DNA of 63,989 bases, filler included, from Folioceros fuciformis (taxonomy: Eukaryota), in the NCBI GenBank assembly GCA_049999805.1. It is 13 parts of 13 records of this genome, joined end to end, with 100 filler letters (N's around TTAATTAATTAA, not from the genome) between each part and the next. Parts side by side here need not be neighbours in the genome. Positions count along the whole stretch, not along the records: positions 18,934 to 35,345 come from JBNGIO010003065.1; positions 35,446 to 39,255 come from JBNGIO010003066.1; 11 more parts are not named here. One strand, 5' to 3'. Positions 25,982 through 39,255 of the stretch are shown here, in pieces (positions within the stretch are counted from its first letter, which is position 1; the number at the start of each line of letters is the position of its first letter). Made by a program: the position numbers and the translations under genes. Below the pieces are notes generated by a model. It saw only the letters and a program-made list of their open reading frames with translations. It ran no database searches and was not told where the DNA came from.

Positions 25982-28839
25982 TCATCGTGTCGCTGCTGCC
26001 CCCTCGTTTTGGTTGAGTTTCAAATGAATGTGGCCACCGGGTTCCATAATATAGTGCCAGGACCATGAACCTTCTTTGGGTATTGGTTCCAAGGTCTTAC
26101 AAAAACCTGTCCACAACAACAAATCGACAAACGTAAAGCCCTGAGAATATACAGATGAGCAAAGCCAAAGCTACTCCGAACGTGAGCATTCTCTTTACCT
26201 GCCTCGGACCCAATGACCCGCATCCTGAATCCATCAGGCACTCGAAAACTTTGAGGCCCTTCAAACACGACGCCAAGAGCCTCAAACTCAGAGTTTCCTT
26301 CCAGAACAATCTCCAGTGACTCAAATCTCTTCATTCTCCGCTGCCAAAAAATATTGTCGGGGCAATCCCAGTCCACCCCCTCGTTGATAATTCGGACTCT
26401 CTCCAACCTGCACCTCCCACAGCCATCTCCGTAGCGTAGCAGCATTTCCCCATTCCGGGACCTGGATGCTGAGCCCATGACATTTTCAGCGTGCACTATC
26501 AGGCTTCCATCGAGCTCTACATCTTTCCACGAAAATTCAGCTATTTCCAGTTGTAACTCTGAACCTTCGGCTACGGAACCCCCACGGATCTTCTGGCGGA
26601 TCACATCCCAGAGAGGTCCTAATGCTGGGTGGAAAAGTACGACAAAAGGAGGGGCGCTGTCCACATAACAGTAGTTATTCTCCATCGGTGGCATCTTCAC
26701 GCCACAGGAAGTGAGCAGATCAAACCCATTCCGGGTCACGTCTAGAAAGGATCCGTCAGGAGTCTGATGCAAAGTCTGCTCGTTCGGTTTCCTCCTCCTC
26801 TTCGCTGAAGAAGTGACCTTCCTTCGCTGGTTATAAGTTATGAACGTATCCAAATCCTCCATGAACTCGGGTGAGCGTTGAGAGCGAAACTGATTTACAA
26901 GAGAGTCCGCAACATTTTGCATGGTGCATTCCAGCCTACCAGCGAGAACACTGTGGTGTTGCCCCAGAGAGTCCTCGAAAGTGATGGGTTTCTTCAGGTT
27001 CAAGATCATGCCTGGCAGTGAGGCAGAGCAGCCACTAGAAGCCACTTTCTCCACAGCCGCAAGGTCTACGAATAATACATTCGTGTTGGCGGGATACTGG
27101 GCCTCCATGCTACCTGGAGAGACGGGCACATCGGGAATCCCAAGCTTGCTGAATTCCGTGTACTCAATACAGGTGACAGCATACTCCCAATTGCCATCCC
27201 AGGTCTTCCTCTCAACCAGCACGTTCACACCCTCTGCAGTCCCCACGTTCCTCTTGCAACTCGCAAAACCAAACTTCTTGTTATGGTGAAGCCCAATACC
27301 CGATAGGGCAAGAAGTGTGACGTCGGTGCCCGCCACAGGATTGCTAATCTGTCTCACAATAGCTGCTTTCCGACCCTTCTCCCGGAACCATCGGAAGACA
27401 CCAGCATCTTTGGCCAGCTTCCAGATCACACCATGACCCCCGGGTTTCACAACTGCTGTCAATGGCCCGCTGGTGACCCATCGCCCATCTGCAGCTGACA
27501 CTGTGGGCACCAGGGGCTGCTCGAAAATTTTGAAGTTGCCGCGCCCACGGCCAAACCAATCAAAGCTCTCACACAGGGCTTGTACTCTGTCGTGGTTTCT
27601 CTTAGCTGCACTCGACATGATGGCAACTGGTATCAGCACCTGCTCACCAAAAACCTTGAAGTGCAAGTACTCCCTCGCTTGCAGATCCCGCACGAGACCT
27701 TCCAGCAGAGTCCTCCCACAATACGGCAACATGGCAACGGGCATACACTCCCCCGTCGCCTCATCCACAAGCCCCAGACGGTCACCTGCACCGCCAAGAG
27801 GATATATTTCACCCATGACCGGCAATCCCTGAAGCCCCCAGCTCGCAGCCTGGGCTGCGTACGCGGGATTCTCCGACAAATCTGGCCCTGAAGGAACGTA
27901 GAAGCACCTGCTATCAGCACTGCAATGCCCACTCACGGCCTTCACGACCTTCGACTTCAACTCCGCGTTCTTGATGAGCTCCAATGCCGTCACATGGTAC
28001 CCCACAATACCTCCGATACAGTCATAGAACCTCTCCACTCTAGCCAGCATACTGATAAACTTAGACAGTGCCACATGCATCTGGCTCGAAGCACCGCCAT
28101 CATGCCCAGCCCAGGTGGCCCGTTCCAACCGCTTCCCATCAAGCTTGCCCTGCGTCCTCGCCCTCCCTGCACCATCCCACCCATCAATCATCTGAGCAAG
28201 AACCACAAACGCTTCCTTCAGCAAGTGACCCTGGAACAGAACCGGGCTGCTCCTCACCATGTCACCCTCCGGTCTCCCAGAGGACCCCTCCAAATGCTCA
28301 TCTTGCCAAGAGAAGGGCACATCCAGGACATGCTCCTGGCCCGCAGCAACCAGACACTTCAACAAGTAAAGCTCCTCCGCATCCAGAACATGCATAACCA
28401 ACAATACAGCCGGCTGGACGTAAACACTCCCACCTGCCGTCCCAAAAACAGCCTGCACTCTGCGACACGTGTCAAGCACAGCCACCTTCTCCTCCAGAGT
28501 CCCCAGCTTGGACAGCCTCCTCAGCAAATCCTTCAGGTCCTGGATCTCCTGGGCCAGGGCATTGTCCCTTCTGGCCTCGGCATCCCCCGGAGGAGACACC
28601 GCCGGCGGCACGGACACCAGGGGGGAGGGGGAGATGCTGGAACCGAGTCGTGGCTGCGCAACGTGCAAAGCAGCTCCCCTCTTGCCTGCCCTAGGCTCCT
28701 TGTTCTGCTCCACAGCCGAGGCCCTGAGGACCGTCCTTCGCAGCCCATGGTCCGTCGGATCAGAACCCACCTCTCCCGTACATATTCCGCAGAAATGCAG
28801 AGGCGTTGACTTCACAGGATGGAATCCCACGCCAAGCAT
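25982..28839 (-). CDS. UGP3: UTP-glucose-1-phosphate uridylyltransferase 3, chloroplastic (sulfolipid pathway)
   Basis: Motifs EIYPLGGAGDRLGL, YCGRTLLEGLVRDLQARE, KPGGHGVIWKL, PANTNVLFVDL, RLECTMQN, LHQTPDGS. Exon 28839-26199, intron 26198-26107, last exon 26106-25982 (GSWSWHY). The start Met is a best guess. Confidence 0.93.
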
Positions 28840-29756
28840 CGTAACTACCCAACAAGGCGAAGATTTCAGCGCTCCAGCCCCAGTGAGAGGCGATTCAAAC
28901 CATACAACACCCGCAATCGCACGTTGCACAAACAGGTGGACGTGCCACAGCACCGTCCAGCTGCACCGACTGGCACCGGCATGGCTGACGTTGCGAACCG
29001 GCAGCAGCGGCAGCAGCAGCAGACACAATGGCAATTGCTAGGCAGCCAGGGAGACTGACAAATATTCAATTTCAGGACCCAGCACTCCTGATCCTCCGCG
29101 CACCACCGCTCCGCCCGCCCCCCTGCCCTGCCCTGCCCTCCCTTCACATCAATTCCTGCAACATCCAGCCCGCAATCAACTTGATCACGTAAGCTCTTCA
29201 ACTGGCGGCCGTTGGGCGTGAGATCCGATCCCGTGTAGGCTTCGACCTCGCCGTGAGCTCAAAAAGATTTGAGTGAAGGCCTGCCTCGCGTAATATGCCA
29301 CCTAGATGCGAGCCAGATCCGTTGCAGGGCAGACAGCAGGTCCCGAGCATATCCGCACGGCTGCCATGCTATGCTATACTGTGCTATGCTGGAAGGTTGT
29401 TGCATGCGCTAAATAAAGGAGCTGGCAGCGACTCTCCTTGGCTGCAGGCAGACAGGCAGCGCACCAGCGACAGCGCCGACATTTGTGGTTGGCCTTCGCC
29501 GGTGCCCGGATATCTGACACCCAATTGTTAATATACGTATGTACTCAAAAGTTTCTGACTCAAGCCAGAACGTGCACTCCCATCACCGCAACCCCTTCCA
29601 GAAAAAATTATCTGAAGGTTGGGAAGAGCTGTAAGCCCTAAACTCAGACAGTAAAGTGGTTAGCTTTAAATGCTGCTACACGGGCCCCGTATTTCTGGGG
29701 TCGTGGAGCTGCCTGTACACAGACATTGGACCAGTACGACTGGACTGGGGACTCCC

Positions 29757-31627
29757 CTAAGTTAAGACCGGAGACGAGGGATTGCTATCCGATCGACTCC
29801 ACCTACGGAGTCTTTGCTCTAGATCTGCGATGACAGCCGTTTGCTGCTTCTTGCTCTGCTTGGGAATAGATAGCATCCAGAGCGATCCGACTTTCTCCGA
29901 TGCAGCCTGCCAAACACGCGTGCTTCAGTTTCCACATTCCTGGACAGGAAACCCTAACGCGCTGAAGCGATGTCGAAATTGCAGGCGTGGCGTGCGTACC
30001 TTGAACAGAACGTCAGGGTCATACATTCGGTGGGTTACATTTTGTAACACAGTGATTGTCTCGCCAATGTGATTGGTAGCCAGCAACTCATCTTCTCTAA
30101 TCTGCAATCAGGTGGACACATTACCCGTGAAGCCGACAACATTGTGACCGCAGCCTGCCAAGGACCCGAGGATCAAGATACCGTCACGATAAAGCTGTAC
30201 ACACCTTGAATATCGCCAAAGCCACTCTGAACAAGACCTTCACTCCCTCGTTAAATACGACATCCCACACTCTCAAAGTTGTCTGTAGCAAGGCAAAGAT
30301 TTACTTAACACCGTTACGGCCACATAGAAGAGACAACGATGGTCGCCAGATAAGCAAAGCATAGACTCAAGGAGGAGGACGGAGGAGCCCGCACCTCAGA
30401 CGGAAAACTTTTAGCAAAAAGACACAGAAACCATTCAGTGGTGATCAGGGAGATGTCAAAGCCGATCTGATCAAAATGGGCTGCCAGCCTGTGAAACCAC
30501 CGAGACGTGGATAAGACACATGAAAATTGAAGGTGCTGACATCACGGACGCTTAAAACCATGTGGAGTTAGACAACGCACCGCGGACATTTTTTCACAAA
30601 AACTTCGTTGAAGACACGCTGCTGTACGTGACACCCTGTTAGGTTCTCCGAGTAGCAATCACTGAACAGAACATTTTCCAGCAATACGGCGAGCATCCAG
30701 AAGGCCTGTTCCTCGGTTTTCATCACAAGAAGCAGCAGTGCTGCCACATAGTTCATTCCCTGCATGTAGTAAGCACGCTTGGCGTTACAATTCATCCATT
30801 CACCCAAGACCTTCACCGGGCCTCGGAATCGCACCAGTTAAAGCATATGATACGCAGGAAACGCACTCCTACCTGGCAGTAACCAATATGAGAATCTCGA
30901 AATGAGTAGGCGACGAGGACCCGACGCAATGTAGCCCTTCCTTCCTCACTGTTCACCCAAGGATGGGATGGAAATGTCCTGGATAGATCCTACAGCAAGT
31001 CACACCCGGTAAGATGATGACTTGCCTCAAGAGGATCCTGGTTTTGTAGTTGAGCAAGGCGGCAGATGGGGCGCACGTCTACAAACATTTCTGCTTTGAA
31101 ACGAGCTGAGATGGGAAACTTACCCGGTCAATCTGGTGTGTCGCCGGGGTTTGCTTATCAACCACAGCTTCAGTGAGGTCCTGGTAGTAACTATCGGGCA
31201 CCGTCGATAGCTTCTTGGCAGCCCCAGACAAAGCCGGCCAAACTCGAGGTCTCAGAGACGGAGGGATGCCTTTCCAAATCAGCTTCTTCAGCTGGACAGA
31301 CCTTGTTAGGTTGGATATGGAGAGAGACGACACAAGGTTGCCCTGCTCAGAATGGGCCGAAATTTCCGGCTGGAGATACCATCCTGCACCCTTGTTTGCC
31401 TCCATAGCCCACCAAACCCGGCCCTGCTCGGCAACCCTCTCCTTCACGAGATTGAAAACCACAGCATCTTCAGCAGACAGCTCGAGACAGAAGCCATACA
31501 TATCTACAACTTTAACGATGACGTTCTTTCGAGAGCTAGTCAATCCCCTGCTCTCCACGCGGGTCTCCCCAGGATAACCTCGAACCAGAGCATCCTGAGA
31601 GCCCCCCAAACGCTCGAAGCCGAACAT
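29757..31627 (-). CDS. TBC-domain Rab GTPase-activating protein (7 exons)
   Basis: Exons 31627-31124, 30989-30873, 30759-30581, 30488-30395, 30282-30205, 30101-30000, 29906-29757. Motifs GIPPSLRPRVW, IDRDLSRTFP (Arg finger), GYCQGMNY (Gln finger), WFLCLF, RVWD. Confidence 0.94.
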
Positions 31628-34600
31628 ATTCCTGGCAGTTCCGCGGAGTGACGGTAGGGTTGCCGTGGGACTTCCACAGACAAATTTAGCCCGTTCTTGG
31701 CTGTTTCGAATCCTCTCAGAAGCGGGTCGCGGGCACGCTTCAAGTCTGGTAAACCGTCCGTAAGACCCCAAATGTCTGTCTGCGCTCTACATATCTCGGT
31801 CACACTCCTTCCCCGGTTCTCATATGTTAGATAAATATCTCGGTTACACTCCTGGTCTGATCCACTCCTAGTATGGTCCTCATGTGTTGGACACACGCCA
31901 GTCACATTGCACGCTTCATCCCGCAGTCATGCAGTTTCAAACGACCAAGCTCCGGCAGCAAAACCACCTGCCGACCACCTGACAGACATACCACAAAGTC
32001 AATTAAAGGCCCGTTCCGATCCATCATCCTCATCACTACAACAATCCTGGAACGGCCCAACCGGCACATCACTTCACCAAGCCAGAAGTGCCAGCAATTC
32101 CCTTCGTCCTGAACGGGACGAGAGATTGCAAATGAGTCGAAACGCAAAGGTAGGGGTTGCAAAACTCCGACCACAGCTCAGAGGGCTGTTTCCCGGCACT
32201 CTTGCGCATCAACACTCAGGAGACCTAAAGCCAGCAGGCACTCGAAACACTGAAACCACTTTCAAAGCAAGCGCTCACGTCCAGCATCACACAACCCGGC
32301 ATCACACATGATGCGCCAGTTCAAATTCCCAGCGAAGCAAGCCAGAAAGAAACCGCGCAATGCCATAAGAAAAACATGCAGCCACTCCAAAAACAGGGCA
32401 GCTCGCGCCACAGCTCCCAGCAAGCACAATCCACTTCAACACAACTCACCAACCGCAGATCAGGCAGAGCGCATCCGTCCTGAAACACACGGTCGCCCCC
32501 GCTCCTGGAAGCAGCAGCTAGCCCTGCCCGAGATCCGTTCCCGCGGCTTCCACGGTCTCCATCTTCAGCAAACCGGCAACAGCGCAGGGCACAGGAACAA
32601 GCAGGGCAGCGGGGGGCAGCGAGAAGCTGGCGGCAGGCCCGGGCATAACCGACAATCCAAAGCGCCACCGATCCAGGGCCCAGCCAGCCACCTCGCGGGA
32701 GTGAGCATCAAGCCCGAGGCTCAAAATCGCGCGGATGTTCCCCGCCCGCGGCAGACGCGGAAGCAGCAGGAGGCATTGCACCAACCAGCTGCGGGCGCGT
32801 GGGGGTTTGCGACAGAGGAGGAGACGGAGAAGCGCAGCCGTAGCAGATGTGAAGGCGCAGAGCGTGCGGAGGCACTGCTGGGGGTCAAGCTAACAGAGGC
32901 GTTGCGATGTTGCTGCCTTCGAACAGCCTGTTACGGCCCGGCGACCACGTGCCAGGATAACTCAACCACTTAGCCTTGCCAACTGGAACGAGGCAACCTG
33001 CAAGAAGAGGTCGCACGACCGTCGGCGCCGCGTTAGAGAATCCCAGTGGGAAGTGTGTCACCGGCTGCCCCAACCCGCAGCGAAATAGGAAAGGGCCTCA
33101 AGTCTCCCGGTCGTGACCAAAATGGCTCACTAGTGGTACACTGGCAAGGTGCTGACACCGCAACAGCCTTATTTAATCTGCCGGACATACAGTAGTAACA
33201 CATAGCTAAATCGAAAATAAAATTTAATGCAAAATAAAGGATGAAGATTATTATTATTATGATTATTATTTTCTGTCTGTGGCTCTCTTCATGTTTTGGT
33301 TAGATAAAATTTTGGCCAAAGCTTTATTTTGTTGATAGGCATAAAAATGAGACAAAATTTTAAGTGGGTGAAAAAATTTGGGTGAAGTTGAAGCACTCCC
33401 TAAGTACCTTAAGGTTTGTTTCCAAAGTTAAGGCTAAGTATGGAGGCCATTGGACATGTGGCTTAGAAATTATAACTACTTGATTGGATTTTCTCTCATG
33501 ATGTGTTTTATGTCTCTTTGCAGGAAGGAAAGAGAATGAAGACATGAATAGAACAGACTATGTCCTCCTGGTTCAAGATAATCATAGTTTGCAAGAAATA
33601 ATTGAATTCCTCGCAAAGAGAGAAGTGCCTTCTGCCTGTGGTTACTGTTCTAGAGTATCTAATGGATTATTTTTTATTATTGAATAATGGAAAGCCATAT
33701 ACTTTAAAGGTCAAAAGAAGTCTTATTTAATCCAGAGGTTAAAAGGGTTAGAAGCCCTTTCAAACATCATTCTAAAAAACTACTTACTACTCTTAATAAA
33801 AAAATTACTTACTACTTCTAAAATGTCATGATGCGGAATAACAAAAGGCTTACTTACCACTAGCACCAAAGAAGCCACTTAACCTGCACTTGTTGTATCT
33901 TGTAAGGCATACCTTTCTAGGTGGGGGAGAGAGTAATGACACAAGTGAAACAAGATGAAAGCTAACGTAGAAAAGATGAAAGCCAAATCTAGAGTTATCT
34001 CATGGAGAAGCTTAAGCAAGTATTTTTCTTATTGCCTTTGGAAACAGGATGTATGTTCCAAGCAAAAGCTCCTAAGAAGGATGGAGTTGTAATGACCACT
34101 AGTATTTTGAGATGAGTGGTGTTATAATTCCTAGCTTGAGTAGTGGCTTAGTTGTGGAGTATAAAAAGGCTAGGGTTAAGCTAGGGCTAAGGCTTTGAGA
34201 CAAAGAGAAGCCTAGCGTGTTGCGAGATAGCTGTGGAGAGTTTAAAGAGCAAGCTTGTCAAATAGAGTCAAGAGAAGTAATTAGTGGGGTGTAGATTGTT
34301 AGACTCTTTTGGAAATATCTTGAATAAAGAACAACACCTAGAGGAGAGGAGATGGTTTGTGAATCCTACATACGGATCCATTTATTGAGGATGAGTACAA
34401 TCATGCAAAGTTGAACCCAAGATGAAAGTTAAGATTTAGTCAAGACCCATAAAACCCTAAAAGGCTTGCATGAAATTAAGTTAGCCATGATACTAAAGAG
34501 AAGGTATCATGTCAAATGAAAATGAAAATGAAAGAACCGTAAACGCTAAACCCTAAACATTGCACCAAATATCACAAAATATAAGACACTAACTATGTGG

Positions 34601-35549
34601 ATTGTCACAACACGTAGTACACTAACTATGAATGTAGGCACCTTAGGTTCCAAGTATCTTTTCAAGAGCATAAACAAAAGACTAATGATATCATAGACAA
34701 AGATAGTTAAAATAACGGGCAACAAAATCATAGTTTATATTATTATGAAACCTCTAGTAATTTATTTAAAATAATTTTATTCATATTTCTTATAACCTTA
34801 GCTTCTCACCATGAATTCAAGCTTGTGCAACTAATAACACGTAGGCTGCAGTGGTTGTCTTGCCGCACGAGAAAGTGCATGCACGAGGGGCTCCTTGCCA
34901 GGATTTGCAAGCATTTTCAATTACAGATGCAGCGGCGTGAAGTGCATTCATGACAGGCTAAGCCTACCGAGCCACTCAGCCATAAAACACCATCAAACAC
35001 CGCACCTCAGTGTCCAGACAAACAACACAATGAGCACAACAACGCACGTCCAAGAACCGGACCAGACCAGACCAGACCAGACGTAGCTACGTTGCAACCA
35101 AGAAATCATCTCCGGGGATAATTTCCTGGTTGAGAAACCTGCATTGCAACCAAGACCTACCTGCATCCAATCACAAGATGCAGGTTTTTAAGGACCATCC
35201 GAACGGAACCAATCAGCCAAGGCAGCGATCATCCACGCCATGCATGCCATACGCTCAAAACACTCCTTCTGGAGATCCCGCCCGCCACCGCACCAAGCTC
35301 ATTGACGCTGACATGAGGATTCCAAGTTAGCGGTCCAGCATTGGANNNNNNNNNNNNNNNNNNNNNNNNNNNNNNNNNNNNNNNNNNNNTTAATTAATTA
35401 ANNNNNNNNNNNNNNNNNNNNNNNNNNNNNNNNNNNNNNNNNNNNGCATAAGGAAGAGTTCACTTTTGAGCCCCATCCGCCATGACCTTCCCCGTTCTAA
35501 GTCAAAGAGGCTTGCATCACCGAGAAGAATTGCACACATGCAGGTGGGG

Positions 35550-36171
35550 TGTCTAACATCGAAGTGGAGGAGCCGAAGGTTCTAAACCGGAGCAAGTTTC
35601 TCGATTGAGCTGCTTAAGCGAGAATGCTGTACATGTAGTGTCTTGAGATTTGGTTGTACCCGCACTACTGTCGAGTGCTAACGTAACCGACAGAACTGCT
35701 CTTCAGCAACTAAAACATTTATCCACCTAAGCACGAAACGTGCCCTAATAACTCTTGGGTGCTAAAGCCCAATCCGTGGCGCTAGAGTTTCTACTCCAAC
35801 ACTCCCCTCGCTGCAGATTTCAGCTTGCTGTGATGGTGTCGATCTTTCACACGTGTCTCAACCTCATCCTCGTTCTTCGAGGTGCACAGGTAGAAGGTCG
35901 AAGTAGCAGAAGCACGATGCTGGCAGTGGTGGAGCAGAGTCATGCCTTTAGTATGCTTGTCGTGAAGTGGCTTGGGTAGGCCCTTCGTCAGCAAATCGGT
36001 GGTGTTGTCATTCGTGTTGATGTAGCTTAAGGCGACTTGCTTGTTGGCCACCATTGCCGAATGAAGTGGTGCTAGAACTCCACGTGCTTGGTCCTTGCAT
36101 GAAGCACAGGGTTGAGTGTCATGGCTATGGCCGATAGATTGTCACAGAATAGCTGTGTGGGCTGATCTTGG
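35550..36171 (-). mobile_element. Ty1/Copia 3' end: RNaseH, PPT and start of 3' LTR
   Basis: CDNLSAI..NPVLHARTKH..DLLTKGL. Minus-strand PPT GAGGGGAG is followed directly by TGTTGG at 35801. The distal LTR end is uncertain; the RNaseH is cut at about 36172 by another insertion. Confidence 0.85.
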
Positions 36172-39100
36172 TGTAGAGAAAAAAAATATTCGAGATCCCC
36201 TTTTTGAGTGACAATTTGTGTGATTTTTTTTGTGGCAGTGTGAAGAAAACGGCTTAGGTTGAGAATAAGATCGGGGTATTTATACCCAAGGTCGCCTTGG
36301 TCCATGAGGTTTTGGGCAAATTGGTAGTAGGACCAGGTGTCCGGGGTGGCCAGGCAATCCTTGGCCTTCGGTGGTGGAGAGGGCACTAGGAGGTCTATAC
36401 ATGCACCCCCCCTAATATTAGAAATAAGAAATGGTCCTCGGGGTAGGTAGTTTGTGGACTTAGGCTAGAAAATAGGGATGTCGTGACTCAGCAACGGTGG
36501 TGGAAGCTGAACCACCGTCGTGGAAGACCAACCGGCGGCAGTGCTAAAGGCGATAGCGGAACCTGGACGACTTGACCAGTATCAAACCCTAAGTAAGTCA
36601 GGCGGGGTTAGATGCGATTCGAACAGGAGCACAACTGGGAGGTCGGGGAGCGGAAGCGGAAGTAGAGTGGGAGCGCAGCCTCGGCGAGGAGCAAGAAGAC
36701 GCGGCAGTGGTTGGGCAAGGCGGAGGCGGCACAGTGGACAACCACCTCAGCAGGATCAGACGGCGCAAGGAAGAGACAGGGCGAGATGAGGCGGGAGAAC
36801 GTCGCGGCGCAACTAGCGTCAGCGGAGGCGGCCAGGGAGGAGGAGCAACCTCCTGTGCCAAGGGTGGAAGTGGCCTTCTAGCCCAACATGGAGCATTGGC
36901 GAGTCAGAGCCGGAGGGCTAGTGGAGGAGCTAGGCCTCGGGTTCATGGACCAGAGCTAGAACCACGCAACTCCTGGTCTGGTTCAGGAGTGCACCCAGCG
37001 ACTAAGGAACCCAGTCAGGGAGGAAGGAATTCGAGGCTAGCCATAGGACTGGAATCTAGAGCTGATGCGGCAGGTGTATGGGCGCAATTAGGAGGAGGAA
37101 GGGGGACTCGTCCTCGAGTCCCTAAAGAAGCGCAGCACCGCAGCGGCCACGACGGCGCTGTTGAAGGTTGGAGCTCGAAGGGAACCCAACGGGTGGTTGG
37201 CAAGAGATTTGGCAACTGCCCAGCTGATAGGGCTGGCGAGGTGGCTCCTATGCTTCCTGCACATTCGAAAGCAGGACTACCTCTCTGACCAGATGCTCCT
37301 GTTTGTGCACGAGGTGGTTAAAGGCTATCGGGTGGATTGGGGCAGGATCCTATACGACAGGATGAGTGAAGAGAGGCAGAACTTGGCCTTAGCCTCTCCC
37401 CAACCTTCTATGATTTCTCCATTCCTGGTACATACATATTGCTATGCTAACCTCTTGCCTGAAGTAGAAGTGATTGCCTCCTTGCAGATGTGGAAGCCGC
37501 TCAGGGAGGTGAAGTGGAAGCCAGTGGAGCCGAAGGAGGTCCACTCCAGCAGCTGGGAGTCACGAGGCACGGAGAGTTCGGAAGAGGAAACCCCAACCAA
37601 GCAGAAGAGGAAGGTGGGGATAGGTTGGAGAACTCCTGCCAAGAGGAGGAAGACTGGTGGGCAGGTCACCAAAACAATGAGTGAGTCAACGCAGCAGGAG
37701 GTTGTCCAGGAGCAGGCTAAGAAGGAACCGGAGGCACCTTAGGGGAAGGTGCCATAAGTAGAAACGGCCCTAGCTGAGGTGGTGGCCAAATTAGGGCACG
37801 TTCCAGAAAAGGGACCCTTCCCGGGATGGGAAGAGATTTTTAGAAGGGTTCCTCTAGTGGCTAGGCTGTAGACAGAGGATCTGGACCAAGTTCGGGCACT
37901 GCTGGGGAGGCAAATCTTGGACAGGAGGATGGCTCCTGGGGGTGAGTCGTAGTAGGTGGACCTGCCAAGCCTGACCACGGCGATGGTGCAGGCCCAGGCA
38001 GACATGTTGGACCAGGCTGCCAGGGCATTAACTTGGTTGAGCATGTAGGCAGAGAAGGAGGCCGAGGCCCAGGAGAAGTTGGTTGAGGCTGAAGCGAGTC
38101 TGCAGCACTTGGAAGAAGTCCGACAGACCTTGACTGCGGCCAAGGAACAGGGCAGAGGAGGAAGCCTGCCAAGAGAGAGAAGAGGTGCAGACGCTGAAGG
38201 AGTAGCACGAGTTGCTCCTAGCTCAAGTGAGAGAGGCCCATGGGACTAACCAAGAAATGCAACAGGAATTATTAAGGGCCCAGGAACTGGAAGCGGCTGC
38301 AATAGAGCAAGTACAAAAGTTGGCGGACAGGTACAAGCGGGAGCAGGACGAGCCCGGAGCAGAGTGAAGGGGAAGGGCAGAGCCACGCGAGGTAGTCGAG
38401 CTGCAACGGAGGGAGCTGAAGAACCTACCGGTCGGAGAGAGACAACGCCGGTAGAGGAGGGCCCGACCCCAGTTGTTGAAGAGGCAACTGTCGAGGAGCC
38501 TGCAACGCGTAGGTCTGGAAGGGCAACCCGCACCAGGAGGACGGAGCAAGGAGGAGCAGCAGCTGGGGGGATGGAAGATCCTCCAGTGCCACTAGAGAGC
38601 AGAGGGCAAACAGTCCGAAGTAGCCCACCGGAGGAGGGGGTAGGCAGTTCCTTCGCAACAAAGGGGAAGCAGCAGCTGGAGGGATGGAGGACCCTCCAGT
38701 ACCACAAGAGAGCAGGGGGCAGGCAGGCTGAGGTAGCCCAAGGGAGGAAGGGGTAAGCACCTCCTTTACGATAGAGGGTCGGATTGTGTTGCAATATGAG
38801 GAGGAGGCCTCTTATGTGCCGGGCCTCGATGTGGAAGGAGCTTGAGTTCTACAGTTGTTTTTGTATGTCTGCATGGGCACAGGAGGGATGCGGGGCTACG
38901 GCCTGTAACTGAGGACCCGCAAAGGGCTCTACTACTACTGGTGGCGGGTGTGGGGACTGCCTCATTGCTATTCCGAGGCAGTCCTGGAGGAGCTGACAGA
39001 GGAGGAGGCGTAGCAGTGGGTTGAGCAGGAGCCTGACCTCATCCTCAGCAATCGGTGACGGAGGGAGGAGAGGAGTTCCCTACGATGGGACCCACCTGCG

Positions 39101-39255
39101 CCGCCGCTAGCGAGGTCCAGCAGAAGCAGCAGCGAGGTGGAGGTCCTTTGGGAGCACGGTCCTTTTGGAGGTCCTGCCTGACCAACGGCGGGGTAGAAGG
39201 GCCAGAGGCGGGCCAGTGAGGGGAGGAGCGCAACGGCCAGGAGGAAGGCGCCAGC
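36172..39255 (+). mobile_element. Probable Ty3/Gypsy-type element region with decayed accessory ORFs, inserted into the Copia RNaseH
   Basis: Starts TGTAG at 36172. ORF 37161-37742 (..VDWGRILYDRM..) resembles plant retroelement accessory domains. 38190-39255 is homologous to 14628-15680. Many in-frame stops. Confidence 0.6.

Noticed and set aside
27925-28809. Long plus-strand ORFs (294 aa here; also 61996-62913 and minus-strand 45762-46529)
   Set aside because: Antisense shadows of the GC-rich genes UGP3, GPDH and PADRE.
26020-29034. The 1004-aa ORF taken as the UGP3 protein as is
   Set aside because: Its end reads through an intron (the conserved GSWSWHY tail is in another frame), and the first 65 codons precede the first ATG.
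32308-32973. 221-aa ORF upstream of the TBC gene
   Set aside because: No recognisable motif; GC-rich region more likely the 5' leader or promoter of the TBC gene.
33280-34800. AT-rich LTR-like block (also 39356-40700)
   Set aside because: Probably decayed repeat, but no termini, TSD or protein motif could be supported.
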